A stretch of 64,000 bases of DNA from NCBI GenBank assembly GCA_024762925.1, contig JANTGM010000010.1, positions 1-64,000 of the forward strand, read 5' to 3'. A program made the position numbers and the translations under genes. This DNA comes from Kofleriaceae bacterium. GTDB taxonomy: Bacteria > Myxococcota_A > Polyangia > Haliangiales > Haliangiaceae. The notes beneath the pieces are model-generated. The model searched no databases. It saw only the letters and a program-made list of their open reading frames with translations, and was not told the DNA's origin. This document shows, piece after piece, positions 9,173 to 19,109 of the stretch (the first letter of the stretch is position 1; each line of letters opens with the position of its first letter).

Positions 9173-10048
9173 GTGACCACTCCTGCGGTTCCCAGGCGCT
9201 GCTGCCTTTGCCTACGCTGTCGAACGGCGCTTTTTGCGGGCGGCGTTTGTGATTGCGGGGGAACTCCCCAGGTCGCGTGTTTCGAGGTGCCCGCGGAACG
9301 GGAAGCAATTGTGGAGGCGTGTTGGGGAAGTGTCGCAGAGCGTGAGCAAGTGAGGCGCATCGCGCAGCGCGGGCAACGGCGCGTGCTCGCCACCTCGATG
9401 GGTAGCTTTTCTCTCGGCGGCACCGTGGCATACGGCCTAGCGGGGCTCGGTCCTGGCGTGTTGGTCTGGGGCATGCTGGGAAGCCTGACAGGCGGCATGC
9501 TGGCACGCCACAAAGGCATTCGCGAGCGAAAGGCACCTCGAGGAGCAGAGGCATTGCCCGTTGTTGGAGACGTCTCTCTACGCGGCACCGTTGTGGGCGA
9601 GCATCATCTTGTGTCTCCGGCCAGCGCGGAACTCTGTCTCGCCTATAGCCTCGAATTGCGCGTGCTGGCTGGCGATGGTGAACGAGTCATGTATCGCGAC
9701 GCTGTGACCTGCGGTTTTGTGGCTGAACTTGGTACGGGCGAGATGGTGCAAGTTCCCGCAGGACGGTTGCGCTTTGCAGATGAGGCGCCCGAGATTCTCG
9801 ATGTCGACAACCTCGAACTCGAAGCCTACATCGACGACATCGATCCTCATCGCATGCCCTCAGAAGAACTCTACCCACTACATTTCAACTTGGTGCGCGA
9901 GGAGGTTCTCTTCTCCGGCGATGAAGTCGAGCTTGGCGGCACGTTTGAACGTGAGACTCGCGCGAAGAACAGCGCAGCACTGTACCGTGATGCCGCTGAG
10001 AGTCACCTTCGCCCGGTGGGCGTGCCTGTCGTCAGGCGATTGCGCTAA
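9173..10048 (+). CDS. Hypothetical protein: N-terminal Cys-cluster (zinc-ribbon-like), Gly-rich TM segment, C-terminal acidic domain
   Basis: CCLCLRCRTALFAGGVCDCGG at the N-terminus, then SLGGTVAYGLAGLGPGVLVWGMLGSLTGGMLA as a hydrophobic helix. It lies 45 nt downstream of 7859-9127 on the same strand. Confidence 0.4.
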   Translation: MTTPAVPRRCCLCLRCRTALFAGGVCDCGGTPQVACFEVPAEREAIVEACWGSVAEREQVRRIAQRGQRRVLATSMGSFSLGGTVAYGLAGLGPGVLVWGMLGSLTGGMLARHKGIRERKAPRGAEALPVVGDVSLRGTVVGEHHLVSPASAELCLAYSLELRVLAGDGERVMYRDAVTCGFVAELGTGEMVQVPAGRLRFADEAPEILDVDNLELEAYIDDIDPHRMPSEELYPLHFNLVREEVLFSGDEVELGGTFERETRAKNSAALYRDAAESHLRPVGVPVVRRLR

Positions 10049-10997
10049 CGAGGTCGCTCTTCCACGAACGCAGGTCTTCGGGCAATTCAGATTCGAAGCA
10101 CATCGCTTCGCCGCTTATTGGGTGGGCAAAGGCGAGCTTGCGAGCGTGCAAGGCCATGCGAGGCGGGGCCAAGTCGCTCACGCGGCCGTGTTGCTTATCG
10201 CCCAAGACGGGCCAGCCTGCACCCGCCGCATGTAGCCGAATTTGGTGCGTACGGCCAGTTTCAAGGGTTACGCGCAAGATGGTGACTCGATCGCCAATGC
10301 GCTCCTCAACGGCAAAGTGAGACACGGCAGCTTTCCCCGCGATGTCCTCTTCTATGCGCGTTAGATCGTCGGGCCAATGGCCATCGACAACCGCGAGATA
10401 CTGGCGTTCGATTGCGTGCTTGCGAAACGTCTCGCTCAGTTCGCGGTTTGCGTCTTCTGTCTTTGCAAAGACAAGAATGCCACTTGTGTCGAGATCGATT
10501 CGATGAACAACAAACATGCGGATGTTGCGCTCACGCCCAAGGGCATCGGCCAAGTTTCCTCGATCGGATTCGGGGGTGGGGGCAGTGAGAAGCCCAGCTG
10601 GCTTGAATGCCACGCAAATGTGGTCGTCCTCGAAAAGTACCGAATGCTGTGGCAGCTTTGCAGCATCTTTGGAACGCGCTGCCCGGCCGGTCTTCTTGGT
10701 TGCGCGATCAAACGCACCGCCAAGAACCACTTCGACAAGCTGTCCGATCTTCACAGTGCGCCCGGCAACCTTAACGCGGGCACGGTCGACGAAGACCCCG
10801 CCGATGTCGAGCAGTACACGAGCCTTGCGGCGGCTCAAGTCTGGCACCGTTGCGGCAAGGAATTGATCGAGGCGAAGTCCAGCGTGTTCGGCCGTTACGC
10901 GCACGCGAAATTTCTCTGCGGAGATCACGACGGAGAGATAGCACGTAGTGGAGGTGGAGAGTGCGTTTTGGCAGCGTTTACTCGTCAGGACTGGCAT
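10032..10997 (-). CDS. RluA-family RNA pseudouridine synthase
   Basis: Catalytic motif HRIDLDTSGILVFAKT (HRLDxxTSG) with an S4-like N-terminus (GLRLDQFLAA). Start uncertain; an in-frame GTG at 10928 would avoid overlap with the upstream gene. Confidence 0.8.
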   Translation of the reverse strand: MPVLTSKRCQNALSTSTTCYLSVVISAEKFRVRVTAEHAGLRLDQFLAATVPDLSRRKARVLLDIGGVFVDRARVKVAGRTVKIGQLVEVVLGGAFDRATKKTGRAARSKDAAKLPQHSVLFEDDHICVAFKPAGLLTAPTPESDRGNLADALGRERNIRMFVVHRIDLDTSGILVFAKTEDANRELSETFRKHAIERQYLAVVDGHWPDDLTRIEEDIAGKAAVSHFAVEERIGDRVTILRVTLETGRTHQIRLHAAGAGWPVLGDKQHGRVSDLAPPRMALHARKLAFAHPISGEAMCFESELPEDLRSWKSDLVSAIA

Positions 10998-12555
10998 AGT
11001 TGTCGAGGGCAAATTGCCATCGCTCTGCAATCCACTGTCTCACATAGGCCAGTTCTTCTTCGGGGGTTGTGAAGTCTCCACGCCCCGACCAGCGTCCAAA
11101 ACTTCGGTATTCGCTCTCCCAACGTTCCCAATCGCGAGTGGCAGCAAGGCGCATCTGGGCCTCGTATCCATCGATGAGGGACTCTAGCGAGGCCAGGGCA
11201 AAGGCGCCTCCTTCCAAGGTGTCCCGGTAGCGCTGGCGAATTGCGGCGCCGTGAACGGGGTGCTCTTGCAAGCGCTCAAAGATGCGATTGCGTGAGAAGA
11301 AGGGCTCGTAGTCTTGAGAATCGGTGCGCCGTGTTTGCCAGTCTTGGCCAAAGCTGTCGTTGAAGTCCCACGGCGCAACTCGCCAGGTGCGGGCAGCATC
11401 ATGGTAGTGATAGCTATTCTTGCCGGCTGAATCATTCGCAAGAATGAATGTCACGTGGAGCCACCAAGCGGCGTAATCATCGACGCTGATGAGTTCGGCG
11501 ATACCGCTGTTAAAGGTTGCGTCATCCGAATTGGCGACAAACCCGACCAGCGCATCCATGTCGTCGAAGGCGCCTGGCTCACCCTCATCGGGGTTCCCCT
11601 CCGTTTTTGAGTAGCCTTGGTGCAGCGTGTCTTTGCTGCTGCCGTTGGCCGCCGTGGTGCGAAAATTGGCATCGTGGTTTTCTGCTTTGTACACGTTGGC
11701 GCTATCGGAGAGCCCATTGCGAGCCATGAGTTCTGCGTTGACGTGATCGGTAACCGTGTAGATACCGCGATACTCTGTGCCGCGATACACAACCGCGCTG
11801 TAGGCTCTTACGTCGATGCTTGGCTCGAGTCTAGACCACAGGTCGAACGCCATGCGCTGCCGAATGTAGCTATTGTCATCGAACGTTGATGTAAGAATAA
11901 CTCGGGTTCGATTGGCAAAGTCGGCAAAACGGCTCTCCCCAAAAGCATCGAATTTGTCAAAGCGGAGTGCGTAGCTCTTCTTTGGATAGGTGAGCGATGA
12001 CTTGCCGCGAAGCTTGGCTTCCGCCTCGTGTACGTGACCTCCGTACGTGATTTGCATCGGCTCGAAGCCCTCATTCCCCGCAGGTTCATGGGCAATGAAG
12101 ATCACGGGCAAGCCCAACTCCATCGTGTACTGGCTCGGATCTACGATCGGGACATTGTCAGGGTTGTTCAACGCATCGGCGACACCAATCTGGAGGGTGT
12201 GCGCTGCGAAGAGTTCGGGCGAGGACAGCGAGATGTCGTAGACTGCGGCTTGATCGAGGGCTGGGGTCCAGGTGAGCGTTCTGGATGCGGCGTCAAAACT
12301 TGCACCTTCAGGTAGTGGCCCAATCTCAAGATCCTCCAACGCTTCACCGCTTGAGCACGAAATCGTCACACTGAGCGGTTCGCCCTCGACAACCCACACC
12401 GGCTCGCCTGGTGAGAAGCCACAAAGATCGGCTGCGCCTCCATCGGGTGCCCCACCGTCGACTCCACTTTGGGGGTCTCCACCACCACAAGCCACGAGCG
12501 TGGATGCAAGAGCGACAAGGGAACGTGAAATACGAGAGCACACAAGCATTGGCAC
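10978..12555 (-). CDS. CotH-family (spore-coat kinase-like) secreted lipoprotein
   Basis: Signal plus lipobox LVALASTLVACGGGD. The blocks KNSYHYHDAARTWRVAPWDFNDSFG and DDNSYIRQRMAFDLWSRL resemble the CotH NxYLY...PWDxDxSFG core. About 525 aa. Confidence 0.55.
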   Translation of the reverse strand: MPMLVCSRISRSLVALASTLVACGGGDPQSGVDGGAPDGGAADLCGFSPGEPVWVVEGEPLSVTISCSSGEALEDLEIGPLPEGASFDAASRTLTWTPALDQAAVYDISLSSPELFAAHTLQIGVADALNNPDNVPIVDPSQYTMELGLPVIFIAHEPAGNEGFEPMQITYGGHVHEAEAKLRGKSSLTYPKKSYALRFDKFDAFGESRFADFANRTRVILTSTFDDNSYIRQRMAFDLWSRLEPSIDVRAYSAVVYRGTEYRGIYTVTDHVNAELMARNGLSDSANVYKAENHDANFRTTAANGSSKDTLHQGYSKTEGNPDEGEPGAFDDMDALVGFVANSDDATFNSGIAELISVDDYAAWWLHVTFILANDSAGKNSYHYHDAARTWRVAPWDFNDSFGQDWQTRRTDSQDYEPFFSRNRIFERLQEHPVHGAAIRQRYRDTLEGGAFALASLESLIDGYEAQMRLAATRDWERWESEYRSFGRWSGRGDFTTPEEELAYVRQWIAERWQFALDNYASPDE

Positions 12556-12593
12556 GACCTAAGTATGAACCATAACGCCTGGCGAAAACAGCA

Positions 12594-13103
12594 GTGCTAG
12601 GTAAGCTACACGGGATGCACTTGGCGGGCTCCCTAGTTTCGATTGCTGTGATGGTTCTCTCACTGGGGCTCGTCGGGTGTGGCGGCTCGTCAAGGGCGGG
12701 TGACAAAAGTGGCCCAAAGGCGGTAGGAAGCGCGAGAGCGAGTGTCGATGCCACATCAAAGGCAGCGGCAACCGGCCCCGTGGAATATGCCACAAGTACG
12801 TCTCAGGCCTGCATGCTTCATCAAGAGGCCGGTGGGCACTATTTGTGCCTATCTGGGGCCGACGGCCAGTGCTTTCACTATGGTGCCGTTTGTGAACCCG
12901 CCGATAGCTGCACGCTTGAGCTTTCTTCGAATACCTACAAGGTGTGTAAGAAGTTTACCGAGGGTGCCTGCCAAGAATTCGGTGCCGCGTGCAAGCCGAA
13001 AGGTTCCTGCCTTTACGACCCAGGTCAGCGTCGCTACCGCAGCTGCGCTTCCCCTAAATTGGGAGGGTGCAGCGAGTTTGGCACGACCTGCGATCCCTCA
13101 TAG
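12594..13103 (+). CDS. Small Cys-rich lipoprotein with three internal repeats
   Basis: Lipobox LSLGLVGCGG. Three copies of a C-x(n)-G-x-C-x(3)-G-x-x-C-x-P-x(3)-C module: CLSGADGQCFHYGAVCEPADSC, CKKFTEGACQEFGAACKPKGSC and CASPKLGGCSEFGTTCDPS. Confidence 0.5.
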   Translation: MLGKLHGMHLAGSLVSIAVMVLSLGLVGCGGSSRAGDKSGPKAVGSARASVDATSKAAATGPVEYATSTSQACMLHQEAGGHYLCLSGADGQCFHYGAVCEPADSCTLELSSNTYKVCKKFTEGACQEFGAACKPKGSCLYDPGQRRYRSCASPKLGGCSEFGTTCDPS

Positions 13104-13104
13104 T

Positions 13105-13345
13105 TGAGGCCCTAGCTCCGCTCACGAGTGCGTTCCAGGAGCATAGAAACCTCTCACTTGCCCTCTGGACTCGCTGGCATGGCCAGTGCTCTTCGTTGCT
13201 CAGCTCCTTCCTTACCCCGGTACGGTCGTTGTTCGCGCTTTCCAGAGAACAAGCCTGCTTCGCGAGAGGAAATCCCGCCTCGCCAGAAAACGAGCTGACT
13301 TCGCGATCACGAGTCAATGTCCATGGATCGCGCACTAGGCTGGTG
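13105..13345. repeat. Interspersed intergenic repeat element (family-2 body plus a half MITE end)
   Basis: gagcatagaaacctctc...ggcatggccag.gctcttcgttgctc...cttaccccggtacgg...gttcgcgc...ccagagaacaagc matches 31195-31335. The right end ctgacttcgcgatcacgagtcaatgtccatggatcgcgcact matches 31147-31185 and 42527-42565. Confidence 0.8.
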
Positions 13346-13526
13346 GGATTCGATTCGCACAAGCGCTTACCGTTCTTCTCTGCAAACGCTCGGCGTCTCT
13401 CAAAACTCTACCGAGAATCGAAATTCTCGCAGTGTTCGTGAGAGGCAAGTTTTGCTTGATTGCAGCATTTTGTGGGCGCTCGTATCGAATGTGTGATGCT
13501 ACAAAGCCAAAGAACGATCGAGTCCC

Positions 13527-16130
13527 ATGCGAAACGCCGATATCCATTCGGGTGCCCAATGCCCTGAGCCCGACGTCCTACTGCAGTTCCTTGCTGGGAA
13601 TACGAGGCACGTAACACAGGAGGCAATCAAGGCCCACGTAGACTCATGTGGAGAGTGCCTGCGAGTTTTTGCGGCGCTGGCCTCAGAACACTATGTCACC
13701 ACAAGCAACGGCAGAGAAGAAGACTCTGAGCAGAATGAAGCGCTCGTTCCCGGCCAAAGCGTTGGACGCTTTGTTGTCTTGCACAGCGTTGGACGAGGTG
13801 GCATGGGGCACGTCTTCGCCGCCTACGATCCCAAACTCGATCGCAAGGTAGCCCTTAAACTCATGCAGCTGGCCGGCGAAGCATCAAATCGCAGCCTTCT
13901 TCGCGAGGCCAGGCTCATTGCCAAACTCAATCACCCAAACATCGTTTCCGTGTATGACGTGGGCAGTCACAATGATGCGGTCTATCTGGCTATGGAGTTT
14001 GTTGATGGTCCGAGCCTATCGGAATATTTCTCAGGGCGAACGTTGCTCGATATCGTCCGATATTTTGAGCAAGTTGCAAACGGACTGGCGTTCGCACATG
14101 CGCACGGAGTCTTGCACCGGGATATTAAGCCAGCCAACTTGTTGGTCGCCCTCGATCATCGTGCTCGCATAGCCGACTTTGGCCTGGCAGGTGCCGAGGC
14201 GAATACCGCAAAGCTGGGTACGCCAGCCTATATGGCCCCAGAGCAGGCTGAGGGGCGCGCGACAGCTCGTTCTGACCAATACAGCTTTTGCGTCGCACTG
14301 CTCGAGGTTTGCACCTCCACGTTACACACAACTGGAGAACCGCTTCCAAAGGAGACGCCCGAGGTACTACGAACATTACTTAGAAAAGGCCTCTCTCCCG
14401 ATCCCAAAGACCGCTTTGAAGATATGGATGCCCTTTTGTATGCCTTGGCGCCGAAGGCTCCCAAGAAGGGCTGGCTCGCTGTGCCGGCAGGTGCCCTTCT
14501 TGCCGGTGCAGCATTCCTTCTCTATCCCGACCAGACCAGCACACCTCCTCCATGCACTGATTCAGAGCGCCATTTTGAGAGCTTGTGGAATGAGGAGTCT
14601 CAAGGCGATCTCGCCGCACGCTTCTCCACGCTTCAAGGATACGGGCAGGCTCTTTGGGAACGAACCCAACCTAGCCTAGAGTCCTATCGAACCAGCTGGG
14701 TTCTGCAACATCGTCGCACTTGTGAAGCTACCGCCGTGCACAAAGACCAAAGTGAGGCAGCAATGGCGTTGGCAATGGACTGCCTGGGACAGCGACGTGC
14801 AGAGTTTGCGGGGTTGGTGAGTGCACTGCGCTCTGTGTCGCTCGACAACATAAGCAAAGTTGCCGATGCGCAGGCTCTGCTGATTTCTCCAGCAGTCTGT
14901 GCGTTGCCTTCTGATGTCCTTCCGCTTCCGGAAAACTCTGAAGTCAGAGCTGAGATTGAACTGCTTCGGCGAAGAGTTGCACAGTGGAATGCGCGTGCCG
15001 CCATGGGGGACTTGGATGCGGCTGCAGAGGCGCTGAGGAACCTGCGCGCAGAAGTCACCGAACTTAGCTACAAGCCACTGCAAGCCGAGGTGAGTGCAGT
15101 GTTAGCAAACGTGCTCAGCAAATCGGGAAAGCACGCTGAGGCCGAAGAGGCGTTTCGGGAAGCGATTAGCGCAGGGACCGAGAGCCGACACGATATGTTG
15201 GTAGCCAAGGCTTGGCTCGATCTCTCGTGGTTACACGCCTACTTTCAAGATCGCTATGATGACGCCGAGAGCGATCTGAAGAATGGTCGCGCGTTTTCTA
15301 AGCGCCTTGGCGAACCCGGCGTCTTGCCGATGCTCTACGCTCGCAACAGCGGGTGGCTTGCGATGAAACAAGGCAAGCCCGACAAAGCCCTAGAGCACTA
15401 CTCGGAAGCACTGGGGCTCGCCTCGGGACAACCAAACAAAGACCGCGACATCGCGATGTTGAACAGTGATCTTGGGACCGCCTACCTCGGAATTGGCGAC
15501 ATTGAGGCGGCGACCAAACACGTTGGTCTTGCGTTTGAGTCGATGTCGAACTTGCTTGGCCCACATCATCCAGACACCTTGAGCGTGCACAGCAACTACG
15601 CCGTGCTCTTGCGCGAGCAGGGCAATTGGGAGCAAGCTATTGTTGAGTCGCTGGCTGCTCTGGAGGGCTTTCAAGCGAGCATGAAGTCAAGCGAGGTGTA
15701 CGAAGGACAAATCCTCAACAACCTTGCTCTGATCTACGCGGACCAAGAGAAGTGGGAGTTGGCGGAGAGCAGCTATCGTCAAGCGATGGCATCGATGAGA
15801 ATCGCGCATGCCGACAAGGACAACGCCGACCTCGCTCGCACGATTCACGGGCTGGCCACGATCGTGCAACTCGATGCCAAGCGAAGCGCCGAAGCGGAAG
15901 AGCTGCACCTTGAGAGCATGGCCATGAAGGAAAAGCTTCTTGGCCCCGGTCATCCAAGCGTTGCAATCAGCCTTAGCGGCATGGCCGACCTCTATGTAGC
16001 CACCGACAGACGCCCACTTGGCATCGCTGCGGCCGAGCGTGCCCTCAAGATCTTGCACGATGCGCTTGGCGAGAACCATCCGCAAACCAAGTACGTACGG
16101 GGGCAGCTTGAGGAGATTCGCTCGCCCTAG
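13527..16130 (+). CDS. Hanks-type Ser/Thr protein kinase with a C-terminal TPR-repeat domain
   Basis: Gly-loop VGRGGMGHVF, VALK, catalytic HRDIKPANLL, DFGLA and APE motifs are present. The N-terminal 60 aa carry a Cys/His cluster (HVDSCGECL) reminiscent of zf-HC2. About 500 aa of TPR-like repeats follow the kinase domain. Confidence 0.85.
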   Translation: MRNADIHSGAQCPEPDVLLQFLAGNTRHVTQEAIKAHVDSCGECLRVFAALASEHYVTTSNGREEDSEQNEALVPGQSVGRFVVLHSVGRGGMGHVFAAYDPKLDRKVALKLMQLAGEASNRSLLREARLIAKLNHPNIVSVYDVGSHNDAVYLAMEFVDGPSLSEYFSGRTLLDIVRYFEQVANGLAFAHAHGVLHRDIKPANLLVALDHRARIADFGLAGAEANTAKLGTPAYMAPEQAEGRATARSDQYSFCVALLEVCTSTLHTTGEPLPKETPEVLRTLLRKGLSPDPKDRFEDMDALLYALAPKAPKKGWLAVPAGALLAGAAFLLYPDQTSTPPPCTDSERHFESLWNEESQGDLAARFSTLQGYGQALWERTQPSLESYRTSWVLQHRRTCEATAVHKDQSEAAMALAMDCLGQRRAEFAGLVSALRSVSLDNISKVADAQALLISPAVCALPSDVLPLPENSEVRAEIELLRRRVAQWNARAAMGDLDAAAEALRNLRAEVTELSYKPLQAEVSAVLANVLSKSGKHAEAEEAFREAISAGTESRHDMLVAKAWLDLSWLHAYFQDRYDDAESDLKNGRAFSKRLGEPGVLPMLYARNSGWLAMKQGKPDKALEHYSEALGLASGQPNKDRDIAMLNSDLGTAYLGIGDIEAATKHVGLAFESMSNLLGPHHPDTLSVHSNYAVLLREQGNWEQAIVESLAALEGFQASMKSSEVYEGQILNNLALIYADQEKWELAESSYRQAMASMRIAHADKDNADLARTIHGLATIVQLDAKRSAEAEELHLESMAMKEKLLGPGHPSVAISLSGMADLYVATDRRPLGIAAAERALKILHDALGENHPQTKYVRGQLEEIRSP

Positions 16131-16238
16131 AGAGTTCTAGCAGCGCCAACAAAAAAACTTCGCGCTTTTTCCGCGACCAATACCGAGTTGTTGCTCTGGA
16201 TGGGGCCTCACCAATCGAGGCCCAGCCAAGGAACAACG

Positions 16239-16793
16239 ATGACTAGCAAACAACGAATACTCTCCCCTCTTCTAGCCCTCCTACTCGTCGCGTGTGGCGG
16301 CGATGATTCCGGAAGCGACGATGAGCGCCCCGGTTTTACTGCTTGTGGCGCCTTCCCCGATGACGTGCCAAAGACCTGCAACCCTGGACAGTATTGTGCG
16401 GATGAGATTTTCTCTGAGTGCAGCTTGGGTTGTCTGGGTGACTACAATTGTGAATCAGGATCGACCTGTCGAAAAGAGGCGGGTGAAGATGTTGGCACCT
16501 GCGATGGCAGTCAACCGCTTCCCGACGGGGGAACTCCAACGGGCAACGCCCTTCAAGCGTGTCTCGATGCCTGCTCAACTCTCACAGCCTGTGGTGCCAT
16601 TGATGTGGGCGAGGGCGCGCAGTGCAACAGCGACTGCGATGGTCTCAGCGATGGGCAACGCCAAGCGGTCGCCGACTGCGTTGGGGATTGGGATTGCTCT
16701 GGCAACATTCCCGCATGCCTCGGTCTTGAGTGTGGGCCTGCGTATGATTGCCCTGTGTCGGGACAGCAGTGCGTTGGCGGCAGTTGCCTCTAG
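16239..16793 (+). CDS. Cys-rich secreted lipoprotein, unknown function
   Basis: RBS AAGGAAC precedes the ATG at 16239. MTSKQRILSPLLALLLVACGGDD is a lipobox signal. There are 24 Cys in 184 aa with acidic Gly/Asp linkers. Confidence 0.6.
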   Translation: MTSKQRILSPLLALLLVACGGDDSGSDDERPGFTACGAFPDDVPKTCNPGQYCADEIFSECSLGCLGDYNCESGSTCRKEAGEDVGTCDGSQPLPDGGTPTGNALQACLDACSTLTACGAIDVGEGAQCNSDCDGLSDGQRQAVADCVGDWDCSGNIPACLGLECGPAYDCPVSGQQCVGGSCL

Positions 16794-17701
16794 GACGTGC
16801 TACTCATCAATGCCCCGATACTGCCCTCGATGTTCGAGGCAATGAGGCGCATGATGCTATCGAGTTCTTCTGAAGTCACCCGGAGTTCGCTGAGAAGGCG
16901 TCTTCGGGTGGAGCCAAGCAGGGCCTCTCGCGCTTTGGCCAATCGACGAGCGGCTGTTGCCCGGTGAATCTTGTGGAGAGCACTCAGCTTGTCAATCGAT
17001 AGAGCGTGCACGTAGTGATGACGAAGCAAGACCCGCGCGTCGTAGTCCAGCTCAATGAGGGCACTGGCAAACGCCTGGCGAAATGCATCACGGTAGACTT
17101 CCTTCATGTAGCCGAGTTCAGGAGTTGGCTCTAGCGACGCCAGAATCTGTTCGTCCCCCAGTGGTTGTTCTCGTTGCAGCTTCGAAAGCTCTCGAAGTGC
17201 ACGCCTCACAGTTACAACGCGTAGCCACGAGAACAGCCCGCCTCGACCTCGATACGTGGCAATTCCGCGGCGCCCTTCGTGGTCGGGAAGGAGCACCTGG
17301 GTCATGACAAGCTGGCAAATCTCATCGGCCATCGTAATGGCATCGGGTACCTTGCTCAACGCGAGCGCAATCTCCGGCTCATAGCGACGCTGAAATGCCG
17401 CGAGCGCTGCTGGATCACCTGCTGAGCATGCAGAGGCAAGATATAAGTCTTCGATCGCGAGAGAGCTCAGTTCTCGCGTGGAAGAAACACGAGCTCCGAG
17501 AAACGCTGCAAACTCCACAGCTGCGATCACAACGTCGGGGTGTGCATCTGCGCCGAGTTTGTATGCCGCCAAGAGCGTCGACTCCAGTTCTTCAGCGCTG
17601 GTATCGAGGCTCGCGCCGTCTGTAAGAAAGGCATCTGTCAGACTCACAACGAAAGAGTACCCGGCAACGTCATGACAATCCACGAGACCTGTCCCGACCA
17701 T
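16790..17701 (-). CDS. Sigma-70 family (ECF-like) RNA polymerase sigma factor with an N-terminal extension
   Basis: The region-2-like block GRGGLFSWLRVVTVRRALREL fits the FSAWLYRIARN pattern. The region-4 HTH LSIDKLSALHKIHRATAARRLAKAREAL is present. The gene converges on the Cys-rich gene with a 4-nt overlap. Confidence 0.5.
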   Translation of the reverse strand: MVGTGLVDCHDVAGYSFVVSLTDAFLTDGASLDTSAEELESTLLAAYKLGADAHPDVVIAAVEFAAFLGARVSSTRELSSLAIEDLYLASACSAGDPAALAAFQRRYEPEIALALSKVPDAITMADEICQLVMTQVLLPDHEGRRGIATYRGRGGLFSWLRVVTVRRALRELSKLQREQPLGDEQILASLEPTPELGYMKEVYRDAFRQAFASALIELDYDARVLLRHHYVHALSIDKLSALHKIHRATAARRLAKAREALLGSTRRRLLSELRVTSEELDSIMRLIASNIEGSIGALMSSTS

Positions 17702-18202
17702 GAGAGTCTAGCGGCGTATTTGTGCGGGAGAAGCAAGAAGCGAGAACATCACCACATCACTTGGCATCTCTTGCGCTGCCAACGCTGCTTGCGCGTCGCG
17801 AGTCTCTCGCGCTCGCTTCCGCGCCGAGCGCTTTGGCCCGATAGCGGATAGCTGTTCGAGATCGCGCTTAGGCACTCTGCGACCGAGGGCTCGGTGCGAA
17901 GAGGAACATCGCGCTGCGGAAACGGAATGGAAATGCCCTCGGCGTTGGCGTTGCTTCACCGCCTCTGATCATCTGGCCTCCCTACGAATTCGTCTTAGAG
18001 AACGCGCTTGAAGGTGCAAACGATATTTCGGAACTTCCTTGCATTTTGCGACCGGTTGTTTGCAAGTTCGAGGCGAGGTGAGACAGACATGCACACCTTC
18101 AGTGAGATGCATGAGCGTGGGTATGGGGAGTTTGAGTCACTCAATGTTTGGCCTCGTGCTTGCTGATTGAAGGAAGCATGAGTCGAGCACTAGGGATTGT
18201 CC

Positions 18203-18934
18203 CTAGTCGCCAACTGTATAAGAAATTGTCAACGTCGCTGGGCTGCCCACCTGCTCGTAGGCGCGCGCCTGGCGCTCACCGGATACCCCTGCGAAAACAA
18301 ACACCATATGATTTCCTGACTGCCATGACGGGTTCTCCACAAGTTCTGTGACGATGCTCTTTAGATCTGGCGTGCGCTGTGCCATTCCAGCTGTGCCATT
18401 CCCCCAGTTCTCGGTAACTGCCCAGAGTACCTGGGTGCTGGTTACAGGAGATAACTGGGACACCCCCCCGTTTACGAGCGCGAATGGGGGAGCATTTCCC
18501 GTCTCGGGCTTTGAGGCGTAGATATTTGCCTCCATCGGACCCACGTTATCCGCCGCTGACTGAAACTGGATATGCGCACGCTTCACGTTAGCGCCCACAG
18601 GTAGGCCCACGGCGAAGCGCAGGCCAACGTACTGGGACTCGCCGATCCCCCCGGTCGAGCCGAGGTGAAGAATTTGTGCGGCAGGTAGAACGGCGCCCGC
18701 AGCATCAGCACGCTGCTCTTCGACGTCATCGGTTCCATCCGCAATCGAAGTGGTAACCATCTGTAGCGGCACTGCTGAGGCATCGATATCGACGGGCGTG
18801 GCGTCTATACCCGGGGCTGCGGCATCCACCGATCCACCATCCCTCTGCCCCGGGGCTCCATCGCCGCTAGAAAAGAGCAGCGAGCACGACGCCAAGGAGC
18901 AAAGAGCAAACATAGCGAGGGCAGTGCGCATCAA
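18203..18934 (-). CDS. Secreted lipoprotein of unknown function (paralog of 54673-55449)
   Basis: MRTALAMFALCSLASCSLL is a lipobox signal. The shared blocks LRF, IQF, PDL, NPxWxxGNxMVFxFxGxGER align with the 54673 ORF. Confidence 0.55.
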   Translation of the reverse strand: MMRTALAMFALCSLASCSLLFSSGDGAPGQRDGGSVDAAAPGIDATPVDIDASAVPLQMVTTSIADGTDDVEEQRADAAGAVLPAAQILHLGSTGGIGESQYVGLRFAVGLPVGANVKRAHIQFQSAADNVGPMEANIYASKPETGNAPPFALVNGGVSQLSPVTSTQVLWAVTENWGNGTAGMAQRTPDLKSIVTELVENPSWQSGNHMVFVFAGVSGERQARAYEQVGSPATLTISYTVGD

Positions 18935-19109
18935 GAGCCACTATAAGCCTCTTTTTGTTGGCTAGCCAGAGCTGGAGGAAATGACGGCTCCATATCACCT
19001 TTCGATGTACTGTGCTATCGCTGTTGCAACGAGTCAATACCACGCACTAGTGGGGCAAGCGACCGACGAGCAACGAAGAAGACTGGCTGAGCCAGTCTCT
19101 CCAGCGGGC

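Noticed and set aside
16100-16190. Candidate rho-independent terminator after the Ser/Thr kinase (agcgcc-N15-gcgct then ttttcc)
   Set aside because: The stem is only 5 bp with a 15-nt loop and a weak T-tract, so it is not convincing. No strong intrinsic terminators were seen anywhere, as is usual for high-GC genomes.
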